Both the position numbers and the translations under genes were made by a program. The notes below the pieces were generated by a model. It made no database searches. It worked only from the letters and a program-made list of their open reading frames with translations, and was not told the DNA's origin. A stretch of 64,000 nucleotides of DNA, from contig NC_082731.1 in assembly GCF_030144855.1 (NCBI RefSeq), forward strand, positions 20,398,001-20,462,000. Reading direction: 5' to 3'. Shown one piece after another: positions 1 through 13,315 of the stretch (its first letter is position 1; each line of letters opens with the position of its first letter). Source of the stretch: Hypanus sabinus. Its lineage: Eukaryota.

Positions 1-2012
1 GCCAAACGGCAGCTCTCCGACACCTCCTCGTACTTAACCCTGCCACAGGACCCCGCCAAAAACTTCAGCACAGTCTGCTGCAGCATCTCCACCCTCATCA
101 ACTCTGGACACCTTCCTCCCTCAGCCAAAAAATTCATAATTCCCACACCCCGCACAGCTCGGTTTTACTTCCTTCCCAAGATCCACAAGCCTGACTGCCC
201 CGGCAGACCCAAAGTTTCAGCCTACTCATGCACCACCGAACTTGTGTCTGCCTACCTGGACTCCAGTTTATCCCCCATAGTTCAGACTCTCCCCACCTAC
301 ATCCATGATAGATCCCATGCTCTTCACCTCTTAAATAATTTCCAATTTCCCGGCCTCGACTGCTTCATGTTTACCACGGATGTTCAATCCTTATACAGCT
401 CCATCCCCCATCAAGAGGGCCTCAAAGCCCTCCGCTACCTTTTGGATAACAGACCCCACCAGTTCCCCAGCACCACCGCACTTCTCCGGTTGGCGGAGCT
501 TGTTCTATCTCTCGATAACTTCTCCTTTGGTTCTTCCCACTTTCTCCAGATCAAGGGTGTAGCCATGGGCACTCTCATGGGCCCCACCTGTGCCTGTCTC
601 TTTGTCGTTATGTGGAACAGTCTATGCTCAAAATCTATACTGGCAACCCTCCCCAACTTGTCCTCCGCTACATTGACGACTACATTGGTGCTGCTTCCTG
701 CACCAGTGCTGAGCTCGTCAATTTCATCAACTTTGCCATTAACTTTCACCCAGCACTTAAATTCACTTGGTCCGTCTCGGACACTTCTCTCCCCTTTCTT
801 GATCTCCTGGTCTCTATCTCTGGAGACAGACTATCCTCTGATATCTTCTACAAAAACAATGACTCACATAACTATCTTGGCTATACCTCTTCCCACCCTG
901 CCCAATGCAAAAAGCCATTCCCTATTCCCAGTTCCTCCGACTCCGCCGCATCTGCTCCAGGATGAGGCTTTCCGTTCCCGAACTGCACAAATGTCCTCTT
1001 TCTTTCAGGATCGAGGTTTCTCTTCTGGCGTCATCAAAGATGCCCTCACCCGCATCTCCTCCAGTTCCGCACTTCAGCCCTCAACCCATCCTCCCGTCAC
1101 CACAACAGGAACAGGGTTCCCATTGACCTCACCTACCACCCCACCAGACTCCGGATCCAACATATCCTCCACAACTTCCGCCACATTCAACGGAACCCCA
1201 CCACCGAACACATCTTTCCCTCCCTACCCCTCTCAGCTTTTCGCAGGGATCGTTCCCTTGTCGACTTCCTGGTCCACACGTCCCTCCCCACAGAACTCCC
1301 ACCTGGCACTTATCCCTGCAAGAGCAAATGCTACACCTGTCCCCAAACCTCCCCCCTTACCACCATTCCGGGCCCAAGACAGTCCTTCCAGGTGAGGCAA
1401 CACTTCACCTGCGAGTCTACTGGAGTCGTCTAATGCATCCCGTGCACCCGGTGCGGACTCCTCTACATCGGCGAGACCCGACCCAGATTGGGGGACCGCT
1501 TCATCGAGCACCTACGTTCCCTCCCTCACAATAGACAGGACCTCCCGGTTGCCACACACTTCAACTCTGCCTCTCATTCTAATCTGGATATGTCCATACA
1601 TGGGGTCCTCTACTGCCATGATGAGGCCGAACTCAGGTTGGAGGAGCAACACCTCATCTACCATCTGGGTCGCCTCCAGCCTGGTGTTATGAATATTGAA
1701 ATCTCCAATTTTCGGTAATTCCCTCCCTCTCCCCCTTCCCCTATCCCAGGTCCCTCTCTGCCTCCCTCCCCTTTCAGCCTTCTGCTTTTTTATCTCTACA
1801 GTTCTTTCATGCTTATCCCCTCCCCCTCCTCCCTTTATCTTTCCTACGATTGGTTTTCCACCTGGCACCTCTAGTTCCAACTCCCTCCCCTATCTCTATT
1901 ACTGGGCTTCGGTCCTCTCTTCCCCTATTCCTGATGAAGGATCTCGGCCCGAAACGTTGGCTACTCTTTTCTCACGGCTGCCTGACCTGCTGAGTTCTTC
2001 CAGCGTTGTATT
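1..2012 (+). mobile_element. Penelope-like retroelement, 3' part (RT + GIY-YIG endonuclease), frameshifted and with stop codons
   Basis: RT motifs appear across frames (FTTDVQSLY, QIKGVAMGT, LRYIDDYIG in ORF 612..965). From 1391 the sequence reads VRQHFTCESTGVV*CIPCTRCGLLYIGETRPRLGDRFIEHLRS, a GIY-YIG domain. A pyrimidine-rich 3' region carries a hammerhead-like core. Confidence 0.85.
1926..1963 (+). ncRNA. Degenerate minimal type I hammerhead ribozyme motif in the Penelope 3' repeat
   Basis: CTGATGA (1931-1937), then aggatctcggccc, then GAAAC (1951-1955) and GTT. Flanks tattc/ggcta pair partially as helix I. Minimal hammerheads are an established feature of Penelope-like elements. Confidence 0.55.
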
Positions 2013-4757
2013 CGTAGCCATTCGTGAAACTTGGCTACAGGAGGGGCAGGACTGGCAGCTTAATGTTCCGATGTTTCCGATGTTTCAGACGTGATAGAGG
2101 CAGAGGGATGAAGGGTGGGGGGGCTGGTGTGGGGCATTGCTAGTCAGGGAATGTGTTACAGCAGTGCTCAGGCAGGGCAGATTAGAGGGCTTGTCTACCG
2201 AGGCCATATGGGTAGAGCAGAGAAACAGGAAAAGTATGACCACATTAATGGGGTTGTATTATAGATCACCCAATAGTGAGTGAGAATTGGAGGAATAAAT
2301 CTGCAGAGAGATAGCAGACAACTCCAGCAAACATAAGGTGGTGATAGTAGGGGATTTTAATTTTCCACATATTGATTGGTACTCCCATACTGTTAAAGGT
2401 CTAGACGGGTTAGAGTTTGTAAAATGTGTTCAGGAAAGTTTTAGAAATCTATATATAGAGGTACCGACTGGAGAGGATGTAATATTAGATCTCCTATTAG
2501 GAAACGAGTTAGCACAGGTGACGGATGTTTGTGTAGGGGAACACTTTGCTTCTAGTAATCATAACGCCATTAGTTTCAACTTGATCATTGATAAAGGCCA
2601 AATTTGAAGAAATGAGATAGAATTTGAAAAGCATGGATCGGGACACTTTGTTCTCAGTTCTCCCACTTGTTGGTAAGTGGGAGGCCTTCAAAGGAGAAAT
2701 TTTGAGAATGAAGAGTTTGTATGTTCCTGTAAGGATTAAAGGCAAAGCAGATAAGAATAAGGAACCTTGTTTCACTAGGGATATTGGAACATTGATAAAA
2801 AAAAGAAGTGAGAGATGTATGACATGTATAGGAAACAGGGAGCAAATAATGTACTTGTGGAGTAGAAGAAGTGCAAAAAATACTTAAGAAATAAATCAGG
2901 AGGGCAAAAAGAAGACATGCTGTAGCTTTGGCAGTCAAGGTGAAGGATAATCCAAAGAGCTTCTGCAGGTATATTAAGAGCAAAAGAATAGGAAGGGATA
3001 AAAGCGGTCCTCTTGAAAATCAGAATGGTCGGCTATGTATGGAACCAAAAAAAAAAGTTGGGGGATATCTTAAATGGCCTTTTTTGTCTTCTGTATTTAC
3101 TAAGCACGGCGTCAATGGAAATAAAGTAGTGAGGTCAGAGAATCTCTACAGATTGAAGAGGAGGAGGTGCTTGCTATCTTGAGCTAAATCAGAGTAGATA
3201 AATACCCAGGACCTGATAGGGTATTCCCTCGGACCTTGAAGGACACTAGTGTTGAAATTGCAGGGGCCTTGGCAGATATATTTAAAATGTCGGTATCTAC
3301 ATATAAGGTGCCAGAAGATTGAAGGATAGCTCATGTTGTTCCATTATTTAAAAACGGCTGTAAAGTAATCCGGGAAATAATAGGCTGGTAAGTTTGACGT
3401 CGGTAATAGGTAAACTTGGAAGGAGTACTAAGAGATAGGATCTACTAGAAAAAGAGGGACTTACTAGGGAGAGTCAATACGACATTGTGTGTGGTAGGTC
3501 ATGTTTATCAAGCCTATTAGATTTTTTCCGAGGAGTTTACAAGGATAGTGGATGGAGGAAATGCAGGGGATGTTGTCTGCATGGACTTCAGTAAGGCCTT
3601 TGACAAGGTCCCGCATGGGAGGTTACTTAGGAAGCTTCAGTCGCTAGGTATATATAGTGAGATTGTAAATTGGATTAGACATTGGCTGAGTGGGAGAAGT
3701 CAGAGAGTGGTAGTGGAGGATTGCTTCTCTGAGTGGAGGCCTGTGACCAGTGGTGTGCCAGGGGGATCAGTGCTGGGTATATTTTTATTTGTCATCTGTA
3801 TCAATGATCTGGATGATAATATGTTAAAGTGGATCAGCAAATTTGATGATGATATAAAGACTGGAGGTGTAGTGGACAGAGAGGAAGGTTTTCAAAGCTT
3901 GCAGAGGGATCCGGACCAGCTGGAAAAATGGGCTGAAAAATGGCAGATGGATTTGAATACAGACAAGTGAGATATTGCACTTTGGAAGGAAAAACCAAGG
4001 TAGAACATACAAAGTAAATGGCAGGGCACTGAGGAGTGCAGAAGAACAGAGGGATCTAGGAATACAGATACAAAATTCCCTAAATGTGGCGTCACAGGGC
4101 GATAGGTTAGTAAAGAGAGCTTTTGGGACATTGGCCTTTATAACTCACAGTATAAGAGTTGAAATATTCTGGTGAAGCTGTATCAGGCATTGGTGCGGCC
4201 GAATTTGGAGACTTGTGTGCAGTTTTGGTCACCAAATTACATGAGGGATAGTAATAAGTTTTAAATAGTCCAGAGAAGGATTACAAGGATGTTGCCGAGA
4301 CTTGAGAAACTGAGTTACAGAGAAAGGTTGACGAGGTTAGGACTTTATTCCCTGGAGCGTAGAAGAATGAAGGGAGACTTGTTAGAGGTATATAAAATTA
4401 TGATGGGTATAGATAGAGTGAATACATGCAGGCTTTTTCCACTGAGGCTAGGAGAGAAAAAAAAAACAGGACATGGTTTGAGGGTGAAGTGGGGACATTT
4501 TAAAGGGAAGATTTTGTTGTAGCTTCTTCACACAGAGAGTGATGGGAGTGTGAAATGAGCTGCCAGATGAAGAGGTAAATGCGGGCTCACCTTTAACAAT
4601 TAAGAAAAACTTGGACAGGTACACGGATGAGAGGTGTATGGAGGGATATGGGCTAGGTGCATTTCAGTGGGAATAGGCAGAAAAACAATTCGGTACAGCC
4701 ATGAAGGGCCAAAATGCCTGTTTCTGTGCTGCAATGTTCTATGGTTCTATGGTTCTT
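2013..4757 (+). mobile_element. CR1-type LINE, 5'-truncated and decayed (APE endonuclease + RT)
   Basis: Peptides ETWLQEGQDWQLNVP, VIVGDFNFPHIDW, DFSKAFDKVPHGRLL, GVPGGSVLG, SKFDDD and LGLYSLERRRMKGDL; ends in a (TTCTATGG)n-type tail. Confidence 0.9.
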
Positions 4758-5340
4758 CTTAGGTATGATAGGGTAGACGAACATGCACCTACAGGAATTA
4801 TGGGAAATACGGACGGAGGCCATATTTGCTGCCCAATTTGAGTAGATCTTCCTTAAGATTGGCCTTTCGTTCTAGATGATTATTTTGAGGAGTGAATGTT
4901 CGAGAGAGTTTTAGATCCAGCACATGTGGCAATTGATGGAACTGACTTCGGCCACTAGCCTGCAGAGTCGAATATGCATTTTAGATTATTTTAAAATGCA
5001 GCTCTGAACAATGCCTCCGATTGCAGACAATTCTTATTAAAACGCATTTTGATGTCTGTGGTTTGGGCGCGAATCTTGAAGTATGAGGTTTGTGTGTGCT
5101 TCCAACGAAGGCATTGTCGGTGTATTGTAAGTATGGAATTGTCCTTTGATGGTTAGTACATAATATATGAGATAACGTGGGGATCGAGATCTTTCAACCG
5201 AAAGGGCCTTAATACAGTATATTGCTTGCTTTTTGTTCTGTTTTTCAAAAAAAAAAAACGACCCTGTATAATCAGTTCTTCTTTATAGGTGCGTCCTTTG
5301 CTCCACCCTCTCATAAGGGACTTTACTACCTACTACATCC
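4758..5340 (+). mobile_element. 3' end of an ERV cassette: env-position remnant, PPT and LTR (LTR starts about 4897; end approximate)
   Basis: Paralogous to 9560-10180 and 46960-47590; gaggagtgaa|TGTT boundary. Confidence 0.6.
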
Positions 5341-5701
5341 CCTCCACCTTTCACGGGAATTGCTGTTTACGCAATTGTGCTTTATTCGTCCTGACCATTA
5401 ATCTTCAATCGGACACTTTTTCTTGTAAGCGGCTTGATAGCCACACCTGCCTCACTACCATTGAGAGCCGAATACGTTGCACTTATTTTCTGCCTCAGTG
5501 GCGTACCTCCGTTTGGCGGAGGGATAACATGCGGAGAGAGAGAAATGCATCTGAATTGCGTTTGGCGAGTGGGCAGAGGATAGAGCAAAATCCAGGGGAA
5601 AGTGTGGGGAACTAATATGATGCGAAAATGGAGGGAGAAAGAGGGCGATTGGGAATGATTGCGGGAAAATGGAGAATGAGAATAAATGAGGGAACACTGA
5701 A

Positions 5702-5703
<2 letters not shown>

Positions 5704-5766
<63 letters not shown>
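5704..5766 (+). repeat. (GA)n microsatellite
   Basis: Direct reading; shorter copies lie at the equivalent cassette position (about 10545-10570 and 42484-42513). Confidence 0.95.
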
Positions 5767-5769
<3 letters not shown>

Positions 5770-6334
5770 GGTGATCGATAGAGCAGTAAGTACAGCGAGA
5801 GTCAGGGGAATTGAGGGAAACTGGGAAGCGGACATTTAGTGGAGAAGAATATAAAAAAGAAAATGAGTTCCAGCCACCGTATGGTAATGTTTATGGCGAA
5901 GATGTTTACAGTTCTGGGAATCTGATTTCTGTGTTCTGCTCCTGCGCGTTTATAAGTCTGTATGACCTGCCTTCGGATTGTGGGGAAATTCTGCAGGATC
6001 TCCAGTCTCCGCTCACAGTCCAAAGGCATACTGATAGGTAGGTTAATAACTCATTGCAGATTGTGCTGTGATTAGGTTAGGGTCTTGGATCGCTGGAGGT
6101 GAAGATCTGTACACGATAGGGCAATCCCGCTTTCGGCCGCCAGTTCAATAAATAAAACAGAAGTTGAAACTGTGAGACAAACAAAGCATGAGAGAGAGGA
6201 AGACGGGGAGAGCCCGAGAAAGGGAAACGGAAGGACGGAGCACGAGGGAAGGAAGGATATATCGGGTGGGCAAGAGAATATAACTGCAGGATAAAAATAA
6301 AGATGGAAAGACAAAGACAAAGATGGGAAAGTGG

Positions 6335-9300
6335 CAGGAGCGCAGAAACAAATCATCCACGGTCACTTAATCAAATTAAGAATGCGAACATTGTTCGTAA
6401 ACGACATGCAGATTTGAGGAACCCTCTGTCAATGGAATATGTAACAATTTGCAAAAAATAAGCCTTATAAAATATTTTCCAAACAATAGCAATTGTATCG
6501 ATAACTGATCTGCATTTGTCTACAGCCGGATAGTGTATGAACGGGAAGTTTATATTACGGGTGTAGGAGAAACAACGGTGAAAGGAGAAAGAAGCGAAAT
6601 GAAGATACTCGAAATAGGCAAGGTACCACCTTCAGTGTATTTCTGGATCTGTCCTAATAATGATAGTACTATTCTCGGACTAGATCCTAAAAGGGCAGCA
6701 ATGGTCATTGTAGATCTACGAAAGGGTTAAATGACATGCAGAAGCCAAGGGGAGCGAAAACGTACAACGAAATTCGTACACAACGTCGCCAGCGGAATCG
6801 CACTGACAGATGTTCACAAGTCAGTAACGGAAATTAGTGACACTGGAATTAATCCCGCTTGTACCCTCCTCAGAGATAAGGAGGCACACGAATGTCAAAT
6901 AGGAATAGAGCAGGAAAAAGTTATGGGTGAAAATGAAATACCTCTGAACGGAAAGCAGGGAATACTTTGTGGATGGGTCTCGGAGGTACATAAACCAGAA
7001 CGCACTGTCTGGGTGCACTGTGGTGAAGGACACAGGTGAAGAATGAGCTTCAGCAGCACTGCCAGGGGATTGCTAAGCTCAGGAAGCTGACCTGCAGTTC
7101 CTGACAGAAGCAATGCGCCACAGTAAAGGCAAACAAGAAAATATATATTCAGATAGCCCCTGTACCCTCCGGCTGGTCTGGGGACGATGAGGATTTGTGA
7201 CCACATCAGGTGCAGGTATACAGCACCCAATAAAACAACTGCTGGATGCACTGTCTGTCAGATCAAGTGACAGAAATTAAAGTGGAATCTCAGCAGTAAG
7301 AGAAGAGTAATGAGAAGAAAATAACAACAAGAAGTTGCAAGTGTGCAGGAAGAAACGTCGAAGCCAGTTGAATAAAAACAGAGAGCTCGCAATGGACCCT
7401 TGGATAACATTGAAGAAGCAGGGGAAAAGCTTATGTCTCGTCATTATGAAGAAAATAAAATCTGCATATTTTGGAAATGCAAGAAATACACACAAACCGC
7501 TGGTGGAATTCACGTGGCCAGGCAGCATCTCTGTAGTGATGAACTGTAATTAAGCTGCCTGGTCTGCTGCGTTCCTCCAGCATTTTGCATGTATTGTCTT
7601 CTAATTATGGATCACTTCAGTTGGCGGGTAGAAGTTTTCCCAACCAGAGCAGCATTGCACGGTGTGTTGTCAGTTAATCTTACCAAGGTGAAGAACTCTT
7701 CCAGACGGACTTTTACCAGGAGCACATTTAACACGGAAAGTGATAAATAAAATGTGCCGACTGCTAGGGATTCTACAACGTTTGCACAGACCCTACCACC
7801 AAGGACGCGGCCTGGCAGATTAATGCGCCATCAGGATTCAGGACCTGCTGCGTGGTTGATTCGAGGCCGTTTCTGCTGCCTGATGAGATGTGTGAGCCCA
7901 CAAAAGATCTGAAGCAGCAAGAAGTGTGGACCCGATTTCTTTGGTAAATTGCTCGGTAAAAGCGACTCTGCAGGCTTTAAGCGCCATAAATCAGAGAGTT
8001 GTTTGTTATGTCTCTCCCCTCGCTGTGAAATGGGGCACATCGTTTGCCCTTTTTCGGGAGAAACACAGACTGTGATATGTGGAATACTGGGTGAACGATT
8101 TGTCTTTGATGTACTGCATATATCTGTCTTTCTTATGATTTGCTGCAGGCTTGAGTGTTCTTAGCGGGTGCCGATGTTTTTCACAGGTGTGTGAGTGATG
8201 GGGATTCATTCTTTGGGGCACTCCTCTGTTTTCCTGGATGGTTTCGAAGAAATATTATTTCAGGATGTATATTCTATATATTTCTCTGACAATAAATGTA
8301 CCAATTTAACCCCTCGAAGCTATTGATCCCTCAGAGTTCAGGAATGGCAGAAAACATAAACCGAGTAATACCTTTGCAAAAACTACAGCTGATCGTGAAA
8401 GACAAGGATTGATGTGTTACCATTCATCCTGATGAGATTGCGAGCAATACAAACAGCACGCTGGTTTTCAGACGCTATAAGCTATTGATAGGGTGATTAA
8501 TCAGATTACCTTATGGGATAACTACAGGTTGCGGCGAGCTAAGCCTGTACAGAGATATACTGACTCAGTGCGTGAAAGAGCTTTGTATGCGACTGATCGT
8601 ATTGAAGGATCGAGCGAAACAACAACAGCACATTGACGATCAGGGAGATCCACTGCGAAAGGAGATAGTCCACATAAATGGCAGTGACCGACTCATGGTG
8701 AGGGTGTTGCTTGAAAGTGTATGCTACCACATGGATCGGACCACAGAGAGTTCTTTTAAAAAGTGACACGTGTTTTTATCAACGCGTTACCAATCAGCCA
8801 GTGGAAAGAATGGATTTGGGTTATACTGCAAGAATCACCTTCTCGTTGTCACCATAGACAATGCGGGGGAAGGAGTACAGCCAGCAACTGTGTAATTATA
8901 GAGAATCCGACATATGAACACCAGCCAGCCACACCACAACCGACCACAATGGTTGGAAACTGATCTACAGGAAACGCAATGGTATAGGGCACCGAGCTAT
9001 GAATAATATGCTAAAGAGTGACGGTAAAAGTACTCTGTTCTGACCTGATTACCGAAGGTATCTGATTCGTTTAATAGCAGAAAATAGAAAATATATTGCA
9101 GAAAATGGCTCGGTAGGGATTTAAGTTGAAGCAGACATATCCATAAATTCGAAAGTATGGTAGAATGATCAGGATTGCAGAAGGAATCTGAAGGCAGATA
9201 CACTCAGCCTGATTGGGGAATAGAAGTGGGCTGACCCCTTTCAGTAGTTGCGGCCAGCGATCACTTAGGTAGTTGGGGCAGGAGAGCAACCAGGGAGAGG

Positions 9301-10180
9301 TCGTTCCGGTATTTGAAATGGAGACCACCCGAACTCCTTATTGTATATCGCTGAGAGGGCCTGTGTGTCTGATGCCCCTGCTGGTGCAGTTTGCTTGTGC
9401 CCCTGGAAAGAGAGAGTTGTAGCTACCAGAGATTGGAGGGATGAAGACAAGGAACTGACTGAGCGTCAATGGGTCAGCAAAGGAAGAACCAACGGACATA
9501 CGCGCGAAGCTGTATTTCCAAAGACTGCTGTTCACAATTCGGGACAAACTCTCTGCTTAGCATTTTAAAGGTAGCATCTAGTTGTGATCGGGTAGATGCT
9601 CTTGCAGGAATTATGGAAAATTCCGACGGAGGGCATTTTGCTGCCCAATTTGAGTAGTTCTTTCTTAAGATTGGCATTTCGTGTTCGATAATTATTTTTG
9701 TCCGGGGTGTTAAGAGGATGGAATGTTCGGGAGAATTTTAGATCCAACACAAGTTGCAACTAAAGTAATTGACTTCAGCCACTAGCCTTCAGAATTGAAA
9801 ATGCATTTTCGATTATTTTAAAATGCAGCTCTAAACAAGTGGGTCCTAAACGCCTGAGAACACGGACCAGACAATGCTTATTAAAATACATTTAGATGTT
9901 TGTGGTATGGGTGCGAATGTTGTGGTGTGAGATTTGCATGTGCTTCCAAAGAAAGCATTGTGGGTGTATTGTAAATATGGAATTGTCCTTTGATGGTTAG
10001 GACATCATATATGACGTAGCGTATGGAGTGAGACCTTTGAACCGAAATGACCTTAAATCAGCATATTGTCTGTGTGTTCTGTATTCAAAAATCTGACCCA
10101 GAGTATAAACAGCTGATGGTTATAGGTGCATCGTTTGCTCCACCCACTCCTAAGGGACCCTACTACTTAGCCTCTCGCCT
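6335..10180 (+). mobile_element. Decayed ERV cassette without a V gene (protease, tether/RNase H, integrase, env-position DNA, PPT, LTR from 9724)
   Basis: TILGLD protease-like motif (ORF 6533); GINPACTLL...HEC tether (ORF 6731); YFVDGSR at about 6964; CLVC and YCLLIMDHFS integrase motifs at about 7557-7625; aagaggatggaa|TGTT at 9712-9727. Confidence 0.75.
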
Positions 10181-11284
10181 CTGCTTTCCGTGGGGATTGC
10201 TCTTTCCGCGATTCCATTTCATTCATCATCACCACTAATCTTCAACCATGCACATATTCTTGTAAGTAGCTTGGCAGATGCACCTGCCTCACTACCATTG
10301 AGAGCCGAATACGATTTTCTTATTTTCCGACTCAGTGGCGTGTACTCCGTTTGTCGGAGGGAAGACATGCGGAGAGAAATGCGACTGAATTGCGCTTTGC
10401 CAGTGGGCAGAGGAGAGAGTAAAATCTATGGAAAAGTGTGGGGAACTAATATGGTGCGAAAATGGAGGGAGAAAGAGGGCGATTGGGAATGAAGGAGTGA
10501 GAAAACGAATAAATGAGGGAGACGTAAGTACTCTGAAATCGTGTGAGAGAGAGAGAGAGAGAGAGAGACATGCTGATCGATAGAGCCGTAAGTTGAGCGA
10601 GAGGCAGGGAAGCGAGAGAAACTGGGATGCGGACTCTTAGTGGAAGAAGAATGTACTCTGGGAATGAGGTCCAGACACCATCGCGTATTATTTATCACGA
10701 AGTTGTCTGCAGCTCTGCGCTTCGGAATTCGATGTTCTATTCGTGCTAATCTGTATAATGTCTGTCTGACATCCCTTCAGAATGTGCGGAAATTCTGCGG
10801 GATCTCCAGTCTCCGCTCAGAGTCCAAAGATGTACTGATAAGTAGGTTAATAAATCAAAGTAAATTGTGCTGTGATTAAGTTTGGGTTTTGGATCGCTAG
10901 AGGTGAAGCTCGGTGCCCGATGGGATGATTCTGCGATACATCGCTAATTAATAAATAAAACAATAGTGGAAAGAGTGGGACAAAGCAAGCATGAGAGAGA
11001 GGAAGACGGACTGAGCGAGAGAAAGGGGAAGTGGAAGACGGAGCAAGAGGGAAGGAAGGATATATCAGTGGGAGCATGAGAAAGCAATTGAATAGAATGC
11101 AAAGAAAGAGGGAAAGTCAAAGTATAAGGCAGAAACGAGATAAAGGAAAACAACAACTGTGAAACTGAAGGAACGATCGATGGAGAAAGTAGTGACGTGG
11201 TAGGAAATGAAAAATAGTTTAGAGATGAATAGGATGTGAGGCAATCAGAAAAAGAAAGAGATAGACGGGTGATAAATAAGACTC

Positions 11285-11600
11285 CTTTTTTATTTTGAAA
11301 TATTTGTATTAAATTTCATATACACAAATACAGAATTCATAAGGATATTTATTATAAATCAAAATAAGCTACCACAAAGTACACTATATTTAACTCACAC
11401 CAATGTAATCATGGATTCCCATATTCATGATCAATCAAATAAAGTAAATTAATTTATGAAGTACAATAATATGGTTAAATATATTATAAAAATTATCTGC
11501 ACCCACTACGAAGACAAAGCTGGTTTGAAAAAAAAAACAAGAGAATAAAAATATTACTTTACCATAGAGTGTTTGATAGAGAATAGCTCCGTTAGACATT
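11285..11600 (-). mobile_element. Probable 5'-truncated L1 3'-UTR fragment
   Basis: AT-rich block absent from the other cassettes, starting with a T-run. Its reverse complement ends atatgaaatttaata...aaaataaaaaa, like the L1 3' end at 28499-28530. Right boundary approximate. Confidence 0.5.
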
Positions 11601-12372
11601 CATCTTCATTAATTCTTCTTCATTATGTGCTCGTCGTTCCCTCCTACAATTCAAAGCAGTACATTGGGCTCATATCTGTAAAGACAAGCTCTCTCGTTTT
11701 TCTTTTGCAGATCAATAAGACTCAATATTCACCAGACCAATTCCTAACTGAATTTACATGCAGTGTGTAATATGGAAAAAGACCGAGCTTTGAGAGGAGA
11801 TACAGGAAACAAATGGTGGAGAGACATCGAGCGATTTTGAGAACGTCAGAAAGAATGAGAGATATATAGATAGAGAGCGAGAGAGTGGGTATGTGAGAGA
11901 GAGAAAGGTAGAGTGGAAGAGAAAAACGAATGAGTGGGAAGAATATGGTAAGAATATGGAGCTAGAAAAATAGAGGGCTAACGATAAGCCTAGGTAGTTC
12001 TAAGGTAAAGACATGTTCAGGATAGCTTTGTGGGCCGAACGGCCTGTATTGAGCTGTAGGTTTTCAACGTTTCTATGTTTCTAGTGTGTGAGATCGCAAA
12101 TAATTGAAAGCAGTAGAAACATTTTGCGGAAGTAATAGGAGATAAAAAGAGGTACAAAAGCAAGCAGAAACAGCCAAAAGAACTTAAACAAGTTTTGATT
12201 GGCTTCGTGACCTATTAATTCGAAGCTCACAGCCAATCAATGCACCGACAGAGATGCGCCGCCACATGTACGCAAGCTGAAATCTGTCGCAGGTCTGCTG
12301 TTACCCTTCATTATCTGTCAATGATATTAACTTATTCGACTGCAAAGTAAGCTTTTTTTCGATCCGGACTCC

Positions 12373-12804
12373 ATGAATTTCCGGTGTTCTCTGCTGATTA
12401 TATTGGCTATCATGCCCGGTGAGTCTTCGCGGTCACGGTCTGTATCTGTTCCTTATGCCCGGAGAAAGCTCGATTTGTTCATGTATTCTGTCATTTTATT
12501 GCAGGAGCAATTGGGAAAGATTCAGTGACGCAGTGGCCGACTGAAATAACGATTGTGGAAGCAAAAAATGTAACACTGAACTGTAATTACACTGGTGATG
12601 CTCGAAACATTATTTGGTACGTTCAAAATCGAATGGAATCTCCAAAATATTTGTTGACGTTATATAGCACCGGAATGATGGACCGGCATGCAGAATGTCC
12701 GGAGAGGTTTACCGGTGTTTGGCAGAGAGACAGAAAGGCGGCACATTTGAAAATCTCTGGTGCTTTTGTGTGGGACTCCGCCGTGTACCTTTGTGCGATG
12801 GACA
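12373..12804 (+). CDS. TRAV: TCR alpha/delta-type V segment V1 (leader exon 12373-12418, intron 12419-12504, V exon 12505-12804), open frame
   Basis: Leader MNFRCSLLIILAIMP-G; GT..AG phase-1 intron; V exon DSVTQW...TLNC...IIWYVQ...DSAVYLCAMD with Cys23, Trp41 and Cys104; followed by a 23-RSS. Confidence 0.9.
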
Positions 12805-12843
12805 CACAGGATTGTGAGGTGATGAGAGCACAGGACAAAATCC
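12805..12843 (+). other. 23-bp-spacer RSS of V1 (non-canonical heptamer CACAGGA)
   Basis: CACAGGA (12805-12811) + 23 nt + ACAAAATCC (12835-12843). Confidence 0.85.
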
Positions 12844-12899
12844 GACGTCCGTGATGCAGTGAACGATCACTAGAGGGGGCACTTTGCCGGCAAAGTGGC

Positions 12900-13315
12900 A
12901 GGAGCGCAGGTAAAAAAAATCTACCCACTGTCACATGATATATTTAAGTATGTGCAAATTATTACCAAAAGATATGTGGATTTGAGTAACTCTCCGTCGA
13001 TGCAATGTGTACCAATTTGCACAATTTGAAACGTTATAAATCATTTCCCAAACATATGCGCTATGTTAGTTGACACAGGGGCAATGGTATCGCTAACTGA
13101 TCTGCATTTGCCGATAACCAGCAGGATATTTATATGATGGGTAGAGGAGAAACAACTGTTAACAAAGTACGAAGCGATTTGAAGGTACTCCAAATAGGCG
13201 AGGCGCAAGTTTCAGTATATTTGTGGATCTGTCCAAATAATGAGGGCACTATTCTCGGACGAGAAACTGAAATGGAAACAAGTGACATTGTAGATCCAGG
13301 AAAGGGTAAAAGGTT
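12900..13315 (+). mobile_element. ERV aspartic protease remnant of cassette 1
   Basis: gttagttgacacaggggca encodes LVDTGA; ORF 13134 contains CPNNEGTILGRE (ILGRD-like). Confidence 0.75.

Noticed and set aside
244-1395. 383-aa ORF as a novel protein
   Set aside because: It is frameshifted Penelope RT that drifts into an off-frame S/P/T-rich reading.
5495-5525. Primer-binding site (TGGCG...) downstream of the LTR
   Set aside because: It does not directly abut a clear LTR-terminal CA, and I cannot match it to a tRNA 3' end; the LTR 3' boundary remains undefined.
5455-5835. ORFs with poly-SL tracts or X runs (also 30012, 30128, 42209, 49923, 49934, 52320, 52360)
   Set aside because: Artefacts of (GA)n repeats and N gaps.
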